Source: Orbicella franksi (taxonomy: Eukaryota). From it: a stretch of DNA of 64,000 nucleotides. Where the stretch lies: contig OZ116709.1 of NCBI GenBank assembly GCA_964199315.1, positions 13,516,001 to 13,580,000 on the forward strand, read 5' to 3'. Shown here piece by piece: positions 1 to 12,064 of this stretch. The notes below the pieces were generated by a model. The model saw only the letters and a list, made by a program, of their open reading frames with translations, did no database searches and had not been told where the DNA came from. Within the stretch, counting starts at the first letter, position 1, and every line of letters starts with the position of its first letter. A program made the position numbers and the translations under genes.

Positions 1-11
1 CTTAATGGCAC

Positions 12-309
12 GGAAGGCGTCATGGCCTCATGGTTAGTGTGCTGGACTTTGGATCGAGCCGTCCGGGTTTCAGCCGCCGGGGACAGTGTTGTGTTCTTGG
101 GGAAGACACTTTACTCTCACAAGGCCTCTCTCCACCCAGGTGTATAATTGGGTACCGGCGAACTTAATGCTGTAGGTAGCACTGCAATGGACTAGCATCC
201 CATCCAGGGGAGAGTGGAAATATTCCTGGTTGCTTCATGCTACAGAAACCGGGATAAGCTCCGGCCTCATGGACCAGTAGGCTCGTAGACAGACTTTATC
301 TACCTACCT
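12..309 (+). mobile_element. tRNA-derived SINE (anthozoan family), near full length
   Basis: tRNA-like head (GGCCTCATGGTTAGTGTGCTGGAC...CCGGGTT), body CTCTCTCCACCCAGGTGTA, (TACC)n tail; related copies at 3049-3628(-), 26520-26655 and 35804-36048. Confidence 0.75.
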
Positions 310-826
310 TCCCTTTTCGGTGTGGCAGCTTCTGTGATGATTCGAGTTTGCGCGCTCGTGGTCTAAATTCACGTCCCCCCACTACGACTGCAACTATGTC
401 AAAGACGAGGCATGTAAGATACACAACAACGTAAGATTGACTTTGCCCTTATCGAAATAGGTGCCTGATTTAACATACTAGTCGGTTACACTTTACAAGA
501 ATGACGCTAAGTCCAACATCAGTATTTTAGGTTATTATATGGCTCTGTCTCACAAGGACTGGGAACTACCGAATTCACGAATTTGATTGGCTGAAATCGA
601 TATTGAAAGCGGTCTAGATTTTCCCATCTAGACCGGCATCTAAGACCGGTAATGTTCTCCCATACAAACCTCCTGCTCGGTTAATAAGAGCTAAATATTG
701 AAGACACATCTATGACATGGAGAGATGCCTGGAATCTAGATACGATTTATATTTTTCAGCTACTAGTCAAAAAACATAAAACCAAGAGCATACAGTTCAA
801 AAGCCTCCTCATTTGCTTTTCTTTAG

Positions 827-973
827 TGAATCGCGAAGCAATAATTCAGGCTTAACCTCAGAACAAGGAACGTGCTCTGGAATCCCAAGCGGGCTGGTAA
901 TTGAGATGCTTGTCACAGAAGCCGGTCAATATGCAGGAGTACCTCAAATGGAAGTAGTGGGAACAAAAATAAG
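827..973 (+). CDS. TCTN2: Tectonic-2-like, internal exon (ESRSNNSG...GVPQMEVVGTKI)
   Basis: TTTCTTTAG acceptor, AG|GTAAAA donor, open frame; CSGIPSGLVIEMLVTEAG..GVPQMEVVG resembles the tectonic C-terminal motif C.xIP.xL.I.xL...G....Q.xx.G. Confidence 0.8.
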
Positions 974-1196
974 GTAAAAATCACAGTAATCACTGCCGAA
1001 AGTAGAATGCCCGTAGCTTTTAAATGCCAAAGAGAACATTGGTGAATATTCACCAATGTTCACTGAGCCTGAGACGAATAATTGTTTAAGTATAATATTC
1101 AGAGGTGAATATCAAGGACTACAAAATAACGGACTAAAACATAAAAGCACAGACGCAATTGTTCGTGTGCATATATGCAGCCGTAGTTTTAATAAT

Positions 1197-1552
1197 TAGG
1201 GAGTTTATGAAACCACGACGGCGACGCCGAGGACAACGTCGGTTAAAAAATGAACTTATATTTTACCTACGAATCTCGCGATACCCTAAAGTCATTTAGT
1301 TTGCTTCTCACGGTCAAAATTACCTCGAAACTGAATATGGAACACAGTGTTAAATACGGAATATAAATTTCAAAAATTAGCCGTTGTCGTTCACGTTCTC
1401 CAGACAAGGCAGAATTCGGTCATTTCACGTTGATGTTTTGCAGAGGACGGCAAAGAAATGTACCACGTGCACAGCCATTGTTCTGCTCATTAAACCTTTT
1501 GTTCAGTGAAGTTCCCGTTGTCGTTGTCGTCGTGGTTTTCTTTAACTCCCTA
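1197..1552. mobile_element. MITE with terminal inverted repeats
   Basis: TAGGGAGTTTATGAAACCACGACG ... CGTCGTGGTTTTCTTTAACTCCCTA inverted termini. Confidence 0.75.
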
Positions 1553-2721
1553 ATAAGCTTACATGTACTCCGACTGTCAATCAATTTACTCATCGAGTTC
1601 CGCAGTAAAGGAAACGAACGAAACACCACGAAAAATTAATAATAATAACTTTATTTAAGTGTCAGGGTAGGTATTTAGCTTTCAGAAGCTAATTGGGGAC
1701 ACTACTACGTTACAATGTATTGAAATTTAAAATGTACAGTTAAGAATACGAATTAAAATTAATTGGGTACACTAGGAATAAGTAAGAATTCATCCGGTAC
1801 CTTTGTTTTATCGTTGTTGGCTTCATTCAGAGTTGTCATCACCGCCTAAAAATGAGTAGCTTTAGTTTGAAGAAAACTAAATTTCGGTCAATCGATCTGA
1901 CCTGCTAGCGATCGACGCAACCACTTCATTTACGATTCTTAAAAGCGTTGAATACGAGTTCTTGAAAAGATTTTTGGTCCAAGGGCGACAGCAGTCATTT
2001 TGAAAATTCTCCACCCTTTCAAATATCCTGGCTTGGAGTGATGTCTTTGGAATAAATGAAAACTAAATTCAGCAACTGTCCGCCATGTTTACTTGCCGGG
2101 ATGGCAAAGATGACGAGCTTAGTAACCAAGCTCTAGCGGGGTGAATATAGCGTCATATGATGAGCTTTTTCGACAAATCAAAATGTCCAATTCTTATATT
2201 CACCTCTGGAAATTATATTAAAACTCTATTATTATACAAGGCAACCTTACCGCGCATAATTTTGTGAATAATTAGCGGCCGGTTCTGTTTGAAGACAAGT
2301 TATCTTTCACTTCGTATAGATTGAGTCAAAACTAATTTCTTAACTTTGTTAACTCAACCTTCAAACGTGTTGATTGGTCACTATGAAGTTCTGATCATAT
2401 AACTTGTGCTTCAATTCGCTGTGGTCGTTATGATGATCTGAACTAGGCGCAGTTATGACGTAATCGGTTCACTGTTGGTGACGATATTACTGATTGTAAA
2501 CTTCATGTACTCATCAAGTAAACTCTCACTTGTGGCTCTAGATTACAATAAATTTCGAACTCTCCCAAACCGCCTCTACGTTTGCATTAGCTGATTTAAA
2601 GACACATGTCATTTCTATCTCTTGATTATAACGGAATGTATCAGCCAATCAGTTGTTGGTAGAGGTCGACTTTCTATAATTTATTTTAAGAAACTTGCAT
2701 ATTATTGTTAACTCATACCAG

Positions 2722-3027
2722 CTACCGGTACAGCACCTGGCAGTTCAAGTGTGTCAGCGGTTACGGCCTGAGTTGCTCTCTTTCTGGAAATGACACAAGC
2801 TTTACACAGGTGGTACCCAGTCCCTCAGCCATCACTCCAACAGCTGCCAGTTCATCAATCAACCTTAGTATAACCAACTCATCTGTAACACCAGCCAAAC
2901 ACAACTCCAGTTCCAATGTGAACGGCACAGAAGCCAGGGAGTATGCCCCTCGTTTTCAGCACTTTATGATCACGAGCTCGGTTGTTTTCGTCCAAGTACC
3001 CGCCGTCAAGCCTCAGCGGGTCAAAAG
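2722..3027 (+). CDS. TCTN2: Tectonic-2-like, penultimate exon (SYRYSTWQFKC...ITSSVVFVQVPAVKPQRVKR)
   Basis: CAG acceptor at 2719-2721, AG|GTGAGT donor, phase 2/2 consistent with both neighbours; WQFKC and SSVVFVQVPA match recalled TCTN2 WQYQC and SASVQFIKIPA. Confidence 0.82.
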
Positions 3028-3048
3028 GTGAGTTCGGTTAATGTTAAT

Positions 3049-3628
3049 GGTAAAGACTCTATACGAGCCAAGTGGCCCGTCAGAACGGCGCTTATCTTCC
3101 CGCTGTCTCTGGTATGAAGCGACTAGAGGTATTTCTACCCTCCCCGGACCAACTCTCATGGTCTTAAAATGACTGAGGAGAACGTGCTGCCTTTTTTAAT
3201 AACATGAGCATCTGCAAATGGTTAGACGTTTAAGTCTTCTCGGATAAGGACTATAAACCGTAGGCCCCGTCTCCTTCATCTTCAGTGTTACATGTTTACC
3301 AGGGGACGTTAAAGAACTCACACTCTCATCGCAAGGAGTACGGCACGGAGTTTCCGGTGTTGTGGTGTGGCCTTGTCTCACACGTTGGTGCTTCACATAG
3401 GGTTAACCTCATTGCGCCATTCCTCGTAAGACAAAATTGTCCTAAAAAATCTGTCTCTGTCTATGTCTAACCCAGCATTAAATTCACCCGTAAACATTTA
3501 CGTAGCTTAGTGGAAAGAGGCACCATTAGAGTAAAATGTCTGGCCCAAGAACACAACACAACTGCGGCCAGGACTCGAACCCGGACCGCTCGATCCGGAG
3601 CGCACTAACCATGAGGCAACCGCGCCTT
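3049..3628 (-). mobile_element. tRNA-SINE interrupted by a second, opposite-strand SINE-like insert (about 3151-3468)
   Basis: 3049-3150 and 3469-3628 are the reverse complement of the 3' and 5' parts of the SINE at 12-309; the insert ends in a (TGTC)-like tail. Confidence 0.7.
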
Positions 3629-3683
3629 CAGAAAAACAAAGTCCTTGCTTTAAATTGACGCTTGTTGTTCCTGTTACTCGCAG

Positions 3684-3852
3684 GACTGCGGATCAGAGTG
3701 GAATATGTTACAGAGATGTATGCAAGGAGGAGCTGTTCTTGGTACTGACTGAAGCTTACCAAGGCGAACCACGTGACAAGGCTTTGGCACTGTCTCTGTT
3801 TCTAATATTCTTGGCTCTGGTCATGTTTGCTGTGACAAAACCTTGGGGTTAA
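3684..3852 (+). CDS. TCTN2: Tectonic-2-like, terminal exon with C-terminal hydrophobic segment (...EAYQGEPRDKALALSLFLIFLALVMFAVTKPWG*)
   Basis: CGCAG acceptor in phase 2, TAA at 3850-3852; YQGE, a hydrophobic helix and PW parallel recalled TCTN2 QYYQGE...LLFLTLALFLSNPW. Confidence 0.82.
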
Positions 3853-5739
3853 CAACATGTTATCATACGGAGTCTTGTGTTGGCCGATATCGCAGTGGAT
3901 AAAGCACTGAAAAACGGGCTCTCGAATAGCATTCATCGAGGAGTTAATCCATCAACAGCGTAACTTACGCCAATGGATTGTGATCTGCTATTCGCGACAA
4001 GGTGGTGTGCAATGATTACGAAGAAAAGCTGGTTCGTTGTGACGTAAAGACATTGGTGCCGCGAAATGGCAGAACATCTGTACTGCGTCAGCACTTCCGT
4101 TCTGTTTGAACGCCAAGAAGAAGCAATCAAGGTAAAATGTAACAAGGATACGAGCTGGTAATTTAATCATCGACTGCTTGCGAGTTAAGCACGAGGGAAT
4201 CCTAAAACCGGACCCGGTTAAACAGTTGATGAAAGGGCTTTTTTCATGCTGTCCCTTCACTGAACAGAGTGCCAAGAGATTCACGACGTAAATTAATGAC
4301 CGAAGTGATCGTTCAAACCTGTTCGCTGGCTTCAACTGAACTGTTTGTTTCAAGTTTGACAATTGGGCGGGATCTAGAATCACTACCAGACACCTTTCTT
4401 TGGGGCTGCAGACGTCTCGTGTTTCCCTAGCAGCAAAGGAAATGGGATAGTTCTGACTGTGAAGTTAACACTTGAAGAGTTCACACTAACCACCTGATTC
4501 CGACTGAAGGGGCAAAATTCACGGAATGAGGAAGTGAAAGTAGTAATATTGCACTATTTCCAAAGACGTTGGTAATGGGAAAAAGCAAACAAATGTGTGC
4601 GCAGAAAGTTAAACCCACGCCTTGAATTTGCTGCGACGACAAAGTGAGAACGGACAATAGTGCCAGGGGCGAGTAAAGGAAAACATTTTCCCTAAGTGAG
4701 ATATATAAAACAAAAACAGCCAGCCATGCAAAAGTATTGCAATTTATATTAAACGGAAAACTGGCCCAAATTGAAAAAGAGAATTCTGCACACGCATTAA
4801 TTTACAGCAGAATTATAAAAGAGCCATAAAAGTAAATAGTTCATTGAGCTAGTTTATTCGACCGTATTGGGGAATGCTGGTCTTTTTTTTTTTTTGTTCA
4901 AGTTGACAGAAGTGTATATGATACAAAAATCCTGTATAACTGATATGCTTCAAATATTATAGTATCAAAAAAGATCGAACAAAATTATTTTCACGCTTTA
5001 AGTTATACTTTATCGGGCGCGTGTTTCACTTATTGCTGTGAATCTTGGAAGCCGGGTTACGCTAACCCAGGATTAAAAGTAAACTGACGTATTAATTTTT
5101 CTAGTATAAATATGTTTTTCACTTATGTTTTGTGTAGTTTTAGATTATTCAAACTTAAAATTGAACGGCAAACAATAAAACAGAAAACTTAACCGAAAAG
5201 TTACAAAAGTGAAATCAAAATTCTCGCTAACCCCGGGTAAGCTTTATCGAGTTCCAGTGTTCAGTTAGTTGGGGTGCACAACGAATGCTTGCACCCAGCC
5301 CCTCCTTTTTTCGCTCCACCGTCTTTAGGGGCTGAGGTCAGGTAAAACTTGTCGTTGCAAGCTGTTTCTTTTTGGTAGCGCTGGTTAGCTGTACCCCGCG
5401 AGACGGTACAACTCCCTCTTCCTCCAACCTTTGTTACAACGAGAGGTGTGACATTCCTTAAATTCTTCTTTCAGACAATCCCAGTCAAAAACGTTAGGAC
5501 ACGAAGCAAGTTCTCCCCTCCCCCTACTTACAATGTTGATAATCAGGTGATTTTTCCCGTTTTGTTGAAACAACGCGACATTTTCCAACATTGATTAGGG
5601 GGGATGGGGGATACGTGATCCAGCTCAACTGTCCCACTTTTGTCCGGGATTGTAGGTTTAACTTCACTGTCACGGATTTAACTCCACCGTCACGGAGCTT
5701 ATGTTTTTTTTTTTTCCCGTAACGTGTACGTAACAATCA

Positions 5740-5880
5740 GACCCGGGTTGTTCGAGGGGTGGGTCACGCTATTCACCGGATACAGCGAATAGCGGATAGC
5801 GTGGTTTGTTTTGGTAACACTTATTCACCGGATAGTGAATTATTTGGATATTGTTATCCACCTTTCGAACAACCGGGGCC
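5740..5880. mobile_element. Short MITE
   Basis: ACCCGGGTTGTTCGA ... TTCGAACAACCGGGGCC inverted termini. Confidence 0.6.
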
Positions 5881-6171
5881 AGATCGATAGAGAAAGGTTA
5901 ATTTATCCAAAAAGTGGAAAAGAAATGGAAAATTCAAGCCTGTAAAAACGATTCCCATGGGAACATTAAGTTCGTTGACCAATCATGTGTCAAACGATAG
6001 ATTTAAGAAACGCATACTTAGTAAGCGCCCGTTTGCCTTGTAGCCGGACATAAGTTCGACCAATCTCGTTCCCAGAGCCTTCGTTACCCTTGGCCGGCGG
6101 AACGGGAAAACGAAGACCTCTGGGATACAGTGTTTTCGTTAATTGGTGTCAAGTTCGTTGACAGAAGTTAA

Positions 6172-8984
6172 TGTTTAGCGCAGGAAGGTCCAGGCCTCGG
6201 CTCTATTCAACCTCACTCTCGCTCTCAGTTGTGGGGCGTTTCGCCTGGTACGTTCGTCTCCACGTTTGGGTCTATACGCGTAGCGGTCGTTCGCCGGGTT
6301 TTCCTGCGCATTTTGCTATTTCCGCTCGGTTCGCTCGCCGTTTCGATTGTTCAGCTTTGCGTACACCTACGCGATGGCATCTTCGAACATCACGACCATT
6401 TCGCTCGTCCAGATCGAGCAGGATCGATGTCCAACTTAATTCTATATCTACTCCGCTCGCCATGTTGCACTTACCAAAGACTCGCTTTGCCGTCGCTTCT
6501 GTTTCGAACTCAGGATTGGTGTTACGAAGACTCGGCTGGTATCTCTCTTGTCTCAAATGTACACGGCCCTCGCAACCCTGTCTTTGTCACCCGGACATCA
6601 GATACGTAGTCGCCGCTGGTACCGACTTACCCACACTCGCGACCACTGGACCCTCGATTGCTGTCACTGATTTCAAACACGCTTCTGTTACGAACTTCGC
6701 TGGACACGCGAACACCACTGGTAGGAACAGGGGACTCGCAAACGCTGCATTTACGAATACTGCACTTGCAAATACCTCAGCCACGTAATGGGGTTTGTAA
6801 TCGCTGCGGTCACGAACGGCGCACTCGCCTGATGCAGACAAGATTTAACACCAGCCTCCCAACTGCTGCCGGCTGTCACGCATGCTGGCGTCCCAAATGC
6901 TCCCATCACATGCATTGGACTCGCAAACGCTGCTGTAGCGACCACTGGACTCCCAATTGTTGTCACTGGTTTCACATACACTTCTGTTACGAACATCGCC
7001 GGTCTCACGAACACTAAAGGTAGGAACAGGGGACTCGCAAACGCTGCAGTTACGAATACTGCACTCGCAAGAACCTCAGCCACGTAATGGGGTGCGCCTG
7101 ATGTAGACCAGATTTAATACCAGCCTCCCAATTGCTGCCGGCTGTCACGCACAAAGGCATCCCAAATCGCTTTCAAGTACACTGGATTCGCAAACGCTGC
7201 TGTGGCGAACATTGGACTCCCTGCCCAAATGCTGCTGTGACAGATGCTGGACTCGCCAACGCTGTAGTCTCCTAAATGCTGCACGAACGAACGCTGTTGC
7301 CACGATCACCAAACTCGCACATGTGGCAACCTCGATCACTATACTTGCACGCTACCGTCACGCCTCGCAAACACTGCAGTCACGAACGCTGCAAATGAAC
7401 GCCGCTACCACGATTACCAACTCGCACTCGCTGCTGTCACGAGCACTAGCATCCCACAGGATGCCGTCACGAACACTGCTGTCACGCTCACTGGACTGGC
7501 AAGCGCTGCAGTTAAGTACACTGCACACGAACGCCGTTGGCCCCGATCACCGAACTCGCTCTCGCCGCTCCCTCGTTCACTGTATCTGCACACGCTACTG
7601 TCACGTCTCGCACACGCCGCAGTTTCGAACACGGTACATGAACGCTGCCGACACGATTAGTGAACTCGCACACGCCGCAGTTACGAACACAATACACACA
7701 CGCTTCTTCCGCGAACACTGGCATCCCAAATACTGCCGTCACGTACGCTGCTATCACATACACTGAATGTCACGTTCACTGGACTTGCACACCCACTGCA
7801 ATCTCGATCACTGTGCTAGCATACGCTGCCGTCACGTCTAGCAGTCGCCGCAGGTATGAGCACTGCATGCACTCGCAAACACCTTCTGTGGGAGTTTACA
7901 TACACTGCTTTTTTAAACACTGGATACGAGAACGCAGCCGTCTCGTACACCGAATCCGTAAACGCTGCTGTCGCGAACATTGGACTCCCACATGCTGCTG
8001 TCAGGAGCACTATTCTCCCAAATTACTGCTGTACAGAATGTAGAACAACGGAAATGCTGCTGCCGTACCGAAAGCCGGACTGCCTTAAAGTGCCGTCTCG
8101 AGCTCTGTCCACCACAATGGTAGCGCTGTCATGACAGATGCCAGACTCGCTGAAATTTGTGATCGCGAACACTGGACTCCCCAACGCTGTTGTTTTGTAT
8201 CACCGCTAAACTCTGACACGCTGCTGTGGCGAACATTGGACCCCCACGTGCTGTTGTGAATGCTAGACTCGTCGAGGCTGCTGTCACGAAGATTGGTCTC
8301 AACACTACTGCCACATGTTCATTGGACTCGCCAACGCTGCCGTCACGATCACTGGTCTCGCTAACGCTGCAGTCACGCTCATGGAACACGAACCTGCTGT
8401 CACGGTCGCTGAACTCACGCGCGCAGCAAACCCCATATCTGTACTCGCACATGCTGCCGTCGCGTCCCGCACTCAGCTCGCTGCAGTTTTAAACGCAGCA
8501 AGCTCTCGAAAACCCCGCTGTCAGGTGTAGGGCCTCATACACGGAACGCTGGCGTTATGACAACTTTGCACGCTAACGATGCTGTCACAAACACTGTTCT
8601 CACGTACGCTGGTCTCACAACCGCGGCTTTCGTGAACATTGGTCTTCCGAAAAGCTGTGGTTACATACGCTGGACTCGCCAACACTGCCGTCACGATCAC
8701 TGCTCTCGTAAACGCTGCTGTCACAAACGCCGTCTTCGCGACCTCTGCTGTCACGCTCCTTGACTCGCATACGCGGCAGCTATGTACGTTACACTGACGT
8801 ACGTTACTGAACCCGCGAACGCTATAATCTAAGATCACTGTGTAGACGTTACTAAAGGGCCAAAAACCTAAGATAACTAACAGAGAGTTCGACACACGAA
8901 GCTCTCCGCGAGAAGACTCAGTCTCGGACTCAGTCTCTCCCTCATGGGAGTGACGTAATTGCCGCGTCACTCAGGACTGTCACA
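6172..8984 (-). mobile_element. Putative 3' LTR of a Gypsy element (about 2.8 kb; distal boundary uncertain)
   Basis: On -, the PPT AAGGGGGAAAGAG (8997-8985) is directly followed by TGTGACAG; a candidate ...CTAAACA end lies at 6172 after an AATAGAG motif. Confidence 0.5.
6600..8780. repeat. Degenerate 15/30-bp tandem repeat (approx. ACTGGACTCGCAAAC-GCTGCTGTCACGAAC)
   Basis: Recurrent GGACTCGC, ACGCTGCTGTCACGAAC; translates as TGLAN-AAVTN on + and VFVTA-AFASP on -; includes a ~300-bp tandem duplication (6638-6900 / 6938-7170). Confidence 0.75.
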
Positions 8985-9059
8985 CTCTTTCCCCCTTGAG
9001 AAATATCAGTTTCCTAACCAAAATTAACAAAACAATTACGGGCTTAGGGTAACTATGTG

Positions 9060-10530
9060 TCACTGTGTAAAGTAAACATCATTGTCATAATCCGAAGGGT
9101 TCAGTGCCCAGTCTCCATATCTTTGGGGAAGCCTGCGAGACCTCTCATCCCGACGAAGTTCCAAAGGTAACGTTGGGCACGATTCGGGTACACTTCCTTT
9201 CTCTAAGTGAGCAGTAGGTACACTTGGTGGAGCAATGTTATTCCGTGGGCCTAGAGAAGCTCTGGTTTGTGTGTTTTGTGAAGGGGTATCTTCCCGCATG
9301 ACACTGTCCTTCACTTGGCCAGATTGGTGTAGGGCAGAAGCGGTATCTTCAGGATTAGCAGTGTCCTTCACTTGGCTGGATAGGAGTGACACAGAAACAG
9401 TAGCTCCCGGACAAACAGTAGCAGGGACTACGGAGGGAGGGTCAGTGGGGGTCTCACTGTGAGTGGGTTGTAACCTTTTTGGGCGTGTATGAAGAACACG
9501 AAGTTGATCACGGTGTCGCAGTATCCTTTTCTGGAAATTTTTAGCGTGTTAGATAGGGTAGGTACCCTTCCAGCAACTATGTAGGGACCCTACCAGCAAC
9601 TCTGCAACTTAGTAGGGTATCCAGGTCGAGGGGGAGCGTACATCATAACAGAGTCCCCAACATAAAGTGGACTTGGCTCCTGAGGACATCTAACAACTCT
9701 CCTTTGCTTTGCTTGCAAGTCACGAGTGACAGTTCCAGAATGCACTAATTTGAGAGGCGAGGCCAGAGTTGATGCCCACTGATGGGCTGTTTGCTGGCGC
9801 TATGTGGCAGGTGGTGCAAGAACCAATCGTGGTGCAAGGGTGATATAGCCATAGGACAGGTAGAATGGCGAGTAACCAGTGGCACTGTGGTGGTGATTCA
9901 TGTAGTGAAACTGCACAAAAGGAATCTCTAAATCTCAGTTATCTCCACATCAGTCTGTTGTTTTCCTCTCAACGATTCTATTGGCTTGGGGATGTAGAGC
10001 CGAGATACGCTTCTTGTCAATGCCGAATTCTCGGGCAATTGCGCTTAGGGCTTGGTTGTCAAATTCGCAGCCACGGTCTGTCAACATTGACTCAGGGATA
10101 CCACGTCCACAGTAAACGTCCCTTATGAGAGCACTGGCTACAGTTTTGCCTGCCGTGAATGGGTATCATTTTCGCTGCACGGGTGAGCAAGTCCACCACA
10201 ACCAAAACATAGCGATTACCATTCTAGCACATCACAGGCTCACATCCTCTATTCTTAGAAACCAATCACCGTGTCTGTCAGATTAGAACATCCTAGGGAG
10301 GTCGTTAGGAGCCAATCAGCTTTCTAGTCCAGATTCTGGCTTAGGTAGATTTAAACTGGCTTGTCATTGGCTCGGCGCCCTCAAAGAAATCACGGGTCAC
10401 GACACCTGGCACCCAGGGTAGCTGTCGCCTGTCTCTGCCGAAAATAAAAAGAGCACTGAATAAACCGGATGCTCTTTGCGGTTGTTTGTTTGGGCATAAT
10501 ACATATGAAAAACTCAATAATACTGCCCTG
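9060..10530 (-). pseudogene. Gypsy LTR-retrotransposon integrase, frameshifted and 5'-truncated
   Basis: rve core NGNRYVLVVVDLLTR...GIPESMLTDRGCEFDN...ISALHPQANRIVER (D,D,E); KLQSCW*GPYIV; C-terminal LRRDERSRRLPQRYGDW; followed by a PPT. Confidence 0.88.
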
Positions 10531-10531
10531 T

Positions 10532-12064
10532 AGTAGTGCGCCATCACCAAGTAGTGCGCCATCAGCAAGTAGTGTGCCATCAGCAAGTAGTGCGCCATCA
10601 CCAAGTAGAACGCCATGACCAAGTAGTACGCCATGACCAAGTAGTACGCCATGACCAAGTAGTACGCCATGACCAAGTAGTGCGCCATGACCAAGTAGTG
10701 CGCCATGACCAAGTAGAGCGCCATCACCAAGTAGAGCGCCATCACCAAGTAGTGCGCCATCACCAAGTAGTGCGCCATCACCAAGTAGTGCGCCATCACC
10801 AAGTAGTACGCCATCACCAAGTAGTGCACCATCACCAAGTAGTACGCCATCACCAAGTAGTACGCCATCACCAAGTAGTACGCCATCACCAAGTAGTACA
10901 CCATCAACAAGTGGTGCGCCATCACCAAGTAGTACGCCATCACCAAGTAGTGCGCCATCACCAAGTACTGCGCCATCTCCAAGTAGAACGCCATCACCAA
11001 GTAGTACACCATCACCAAGTAGTACGCCATCACCAAGTAGTACGCCATCGCCAAGTAGTGCGCCATCACCAAGTAGTACGCCATCACCAAGTAGTGCGCC
11101 ATCACCAAGTAGTACGCCATCACCAAGTAGTGCGCCATCACCAAGTAGAGCGCCATCACCAAGTAGTACGCCATCACCAAGTAGTACGCCATCACCAAGT
11201 AGTACGCCATCACCAAGTAGTACACCATCACCAAGTGGTGCGCCATCACCAAGTAGTACGCCATCACCAAGTAGTGCGCCATCACCAAGTAGTGCGCCAT
11301 CACCAAGTAGAACGCCATCACCAAGTAGTACGCCATCACCAAGTAGTACGCCATCACCAAGTAGTGCGCCATCACCAAGTAGTACACCATCACCAAGTAG
11401 TGCGCCATCACCAAGTAGTGCGCCATCACCAAGTAGTGCGCCATCACCAAGTAGTGCGCCATCACCAAGTAGAGCGCCATCACCAAGTAGTACGCCATCA
11501 CCAAGTAGTACGCCATCACCAAGTAGTACTCCATCACCAAGTAGTACGCCATCACCAAGTAGTAAGCGATCACCAAGAAGTGCGCCATCACCAAGTAGTC
11601 CGCCATCACCAAGTAGTGCGCCATCACCAGGTAGTACGCCATCACCAAGTAGTACGCTATCACCAAGTAGTGCGCCTTCTCCAAGTAGTACGCCATCACC
11701 AAGTAGTACGCCATCACCAAGTAGTGCGCCATCACCAAGTAGTGCGCCATCACCAAGTAGTACACCATCACCAAGTAGTACGCCATCACCAAGTAGTGCG
11801 CCATCACCAAGTAGTGCGCCATCACCAAGTAGGACGCCTTCACCAAGTAATGCGCTATCACCAAGTAGTACATCATCAAGAGGTAAATCATCAAGTGGTA
11901 CATCATCAAGTAGTGCATCATGAAGTGGTACATCATGAAGTGGTGCATCATCAAGAGGAAAATCATCAAGTGGTAAATCATCAAGTGGTACATCATCAAG
12001 AGGAAAATCATCAAGTGGTACATCATCAAGTGGTACATCATCAAGAGGTAAATCATCAAGAGGT
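10532..12064. repeat. Minisatellite: about 74 x 18 bp (AGTAGTRCGCCATCACCA) grading into about 13 x 15 bp (AGTGGTACATCATCA / AGAGGTAAATCATCA)
   Basis: Direct reading of the array; the unit switch is at about 11866. Confidence 0.97.

Noticed and set aside
12-110. tRNA gene
   Set aside because: The tRNA-like head continues into a SINE body and tail, with no complete cloverleaf
3860-4430. ORFs 3933-4145 and 3988-4383 (-) and coding-like + fragments
   Set aside because: No recognisable domain or consistent splice model; probably TCTN2 3' UTR or intergenic DNA
5385-5591. 68-aa ORF with Cys/Trp residues
   Set aside because: No family recognised and no supporting exon structure
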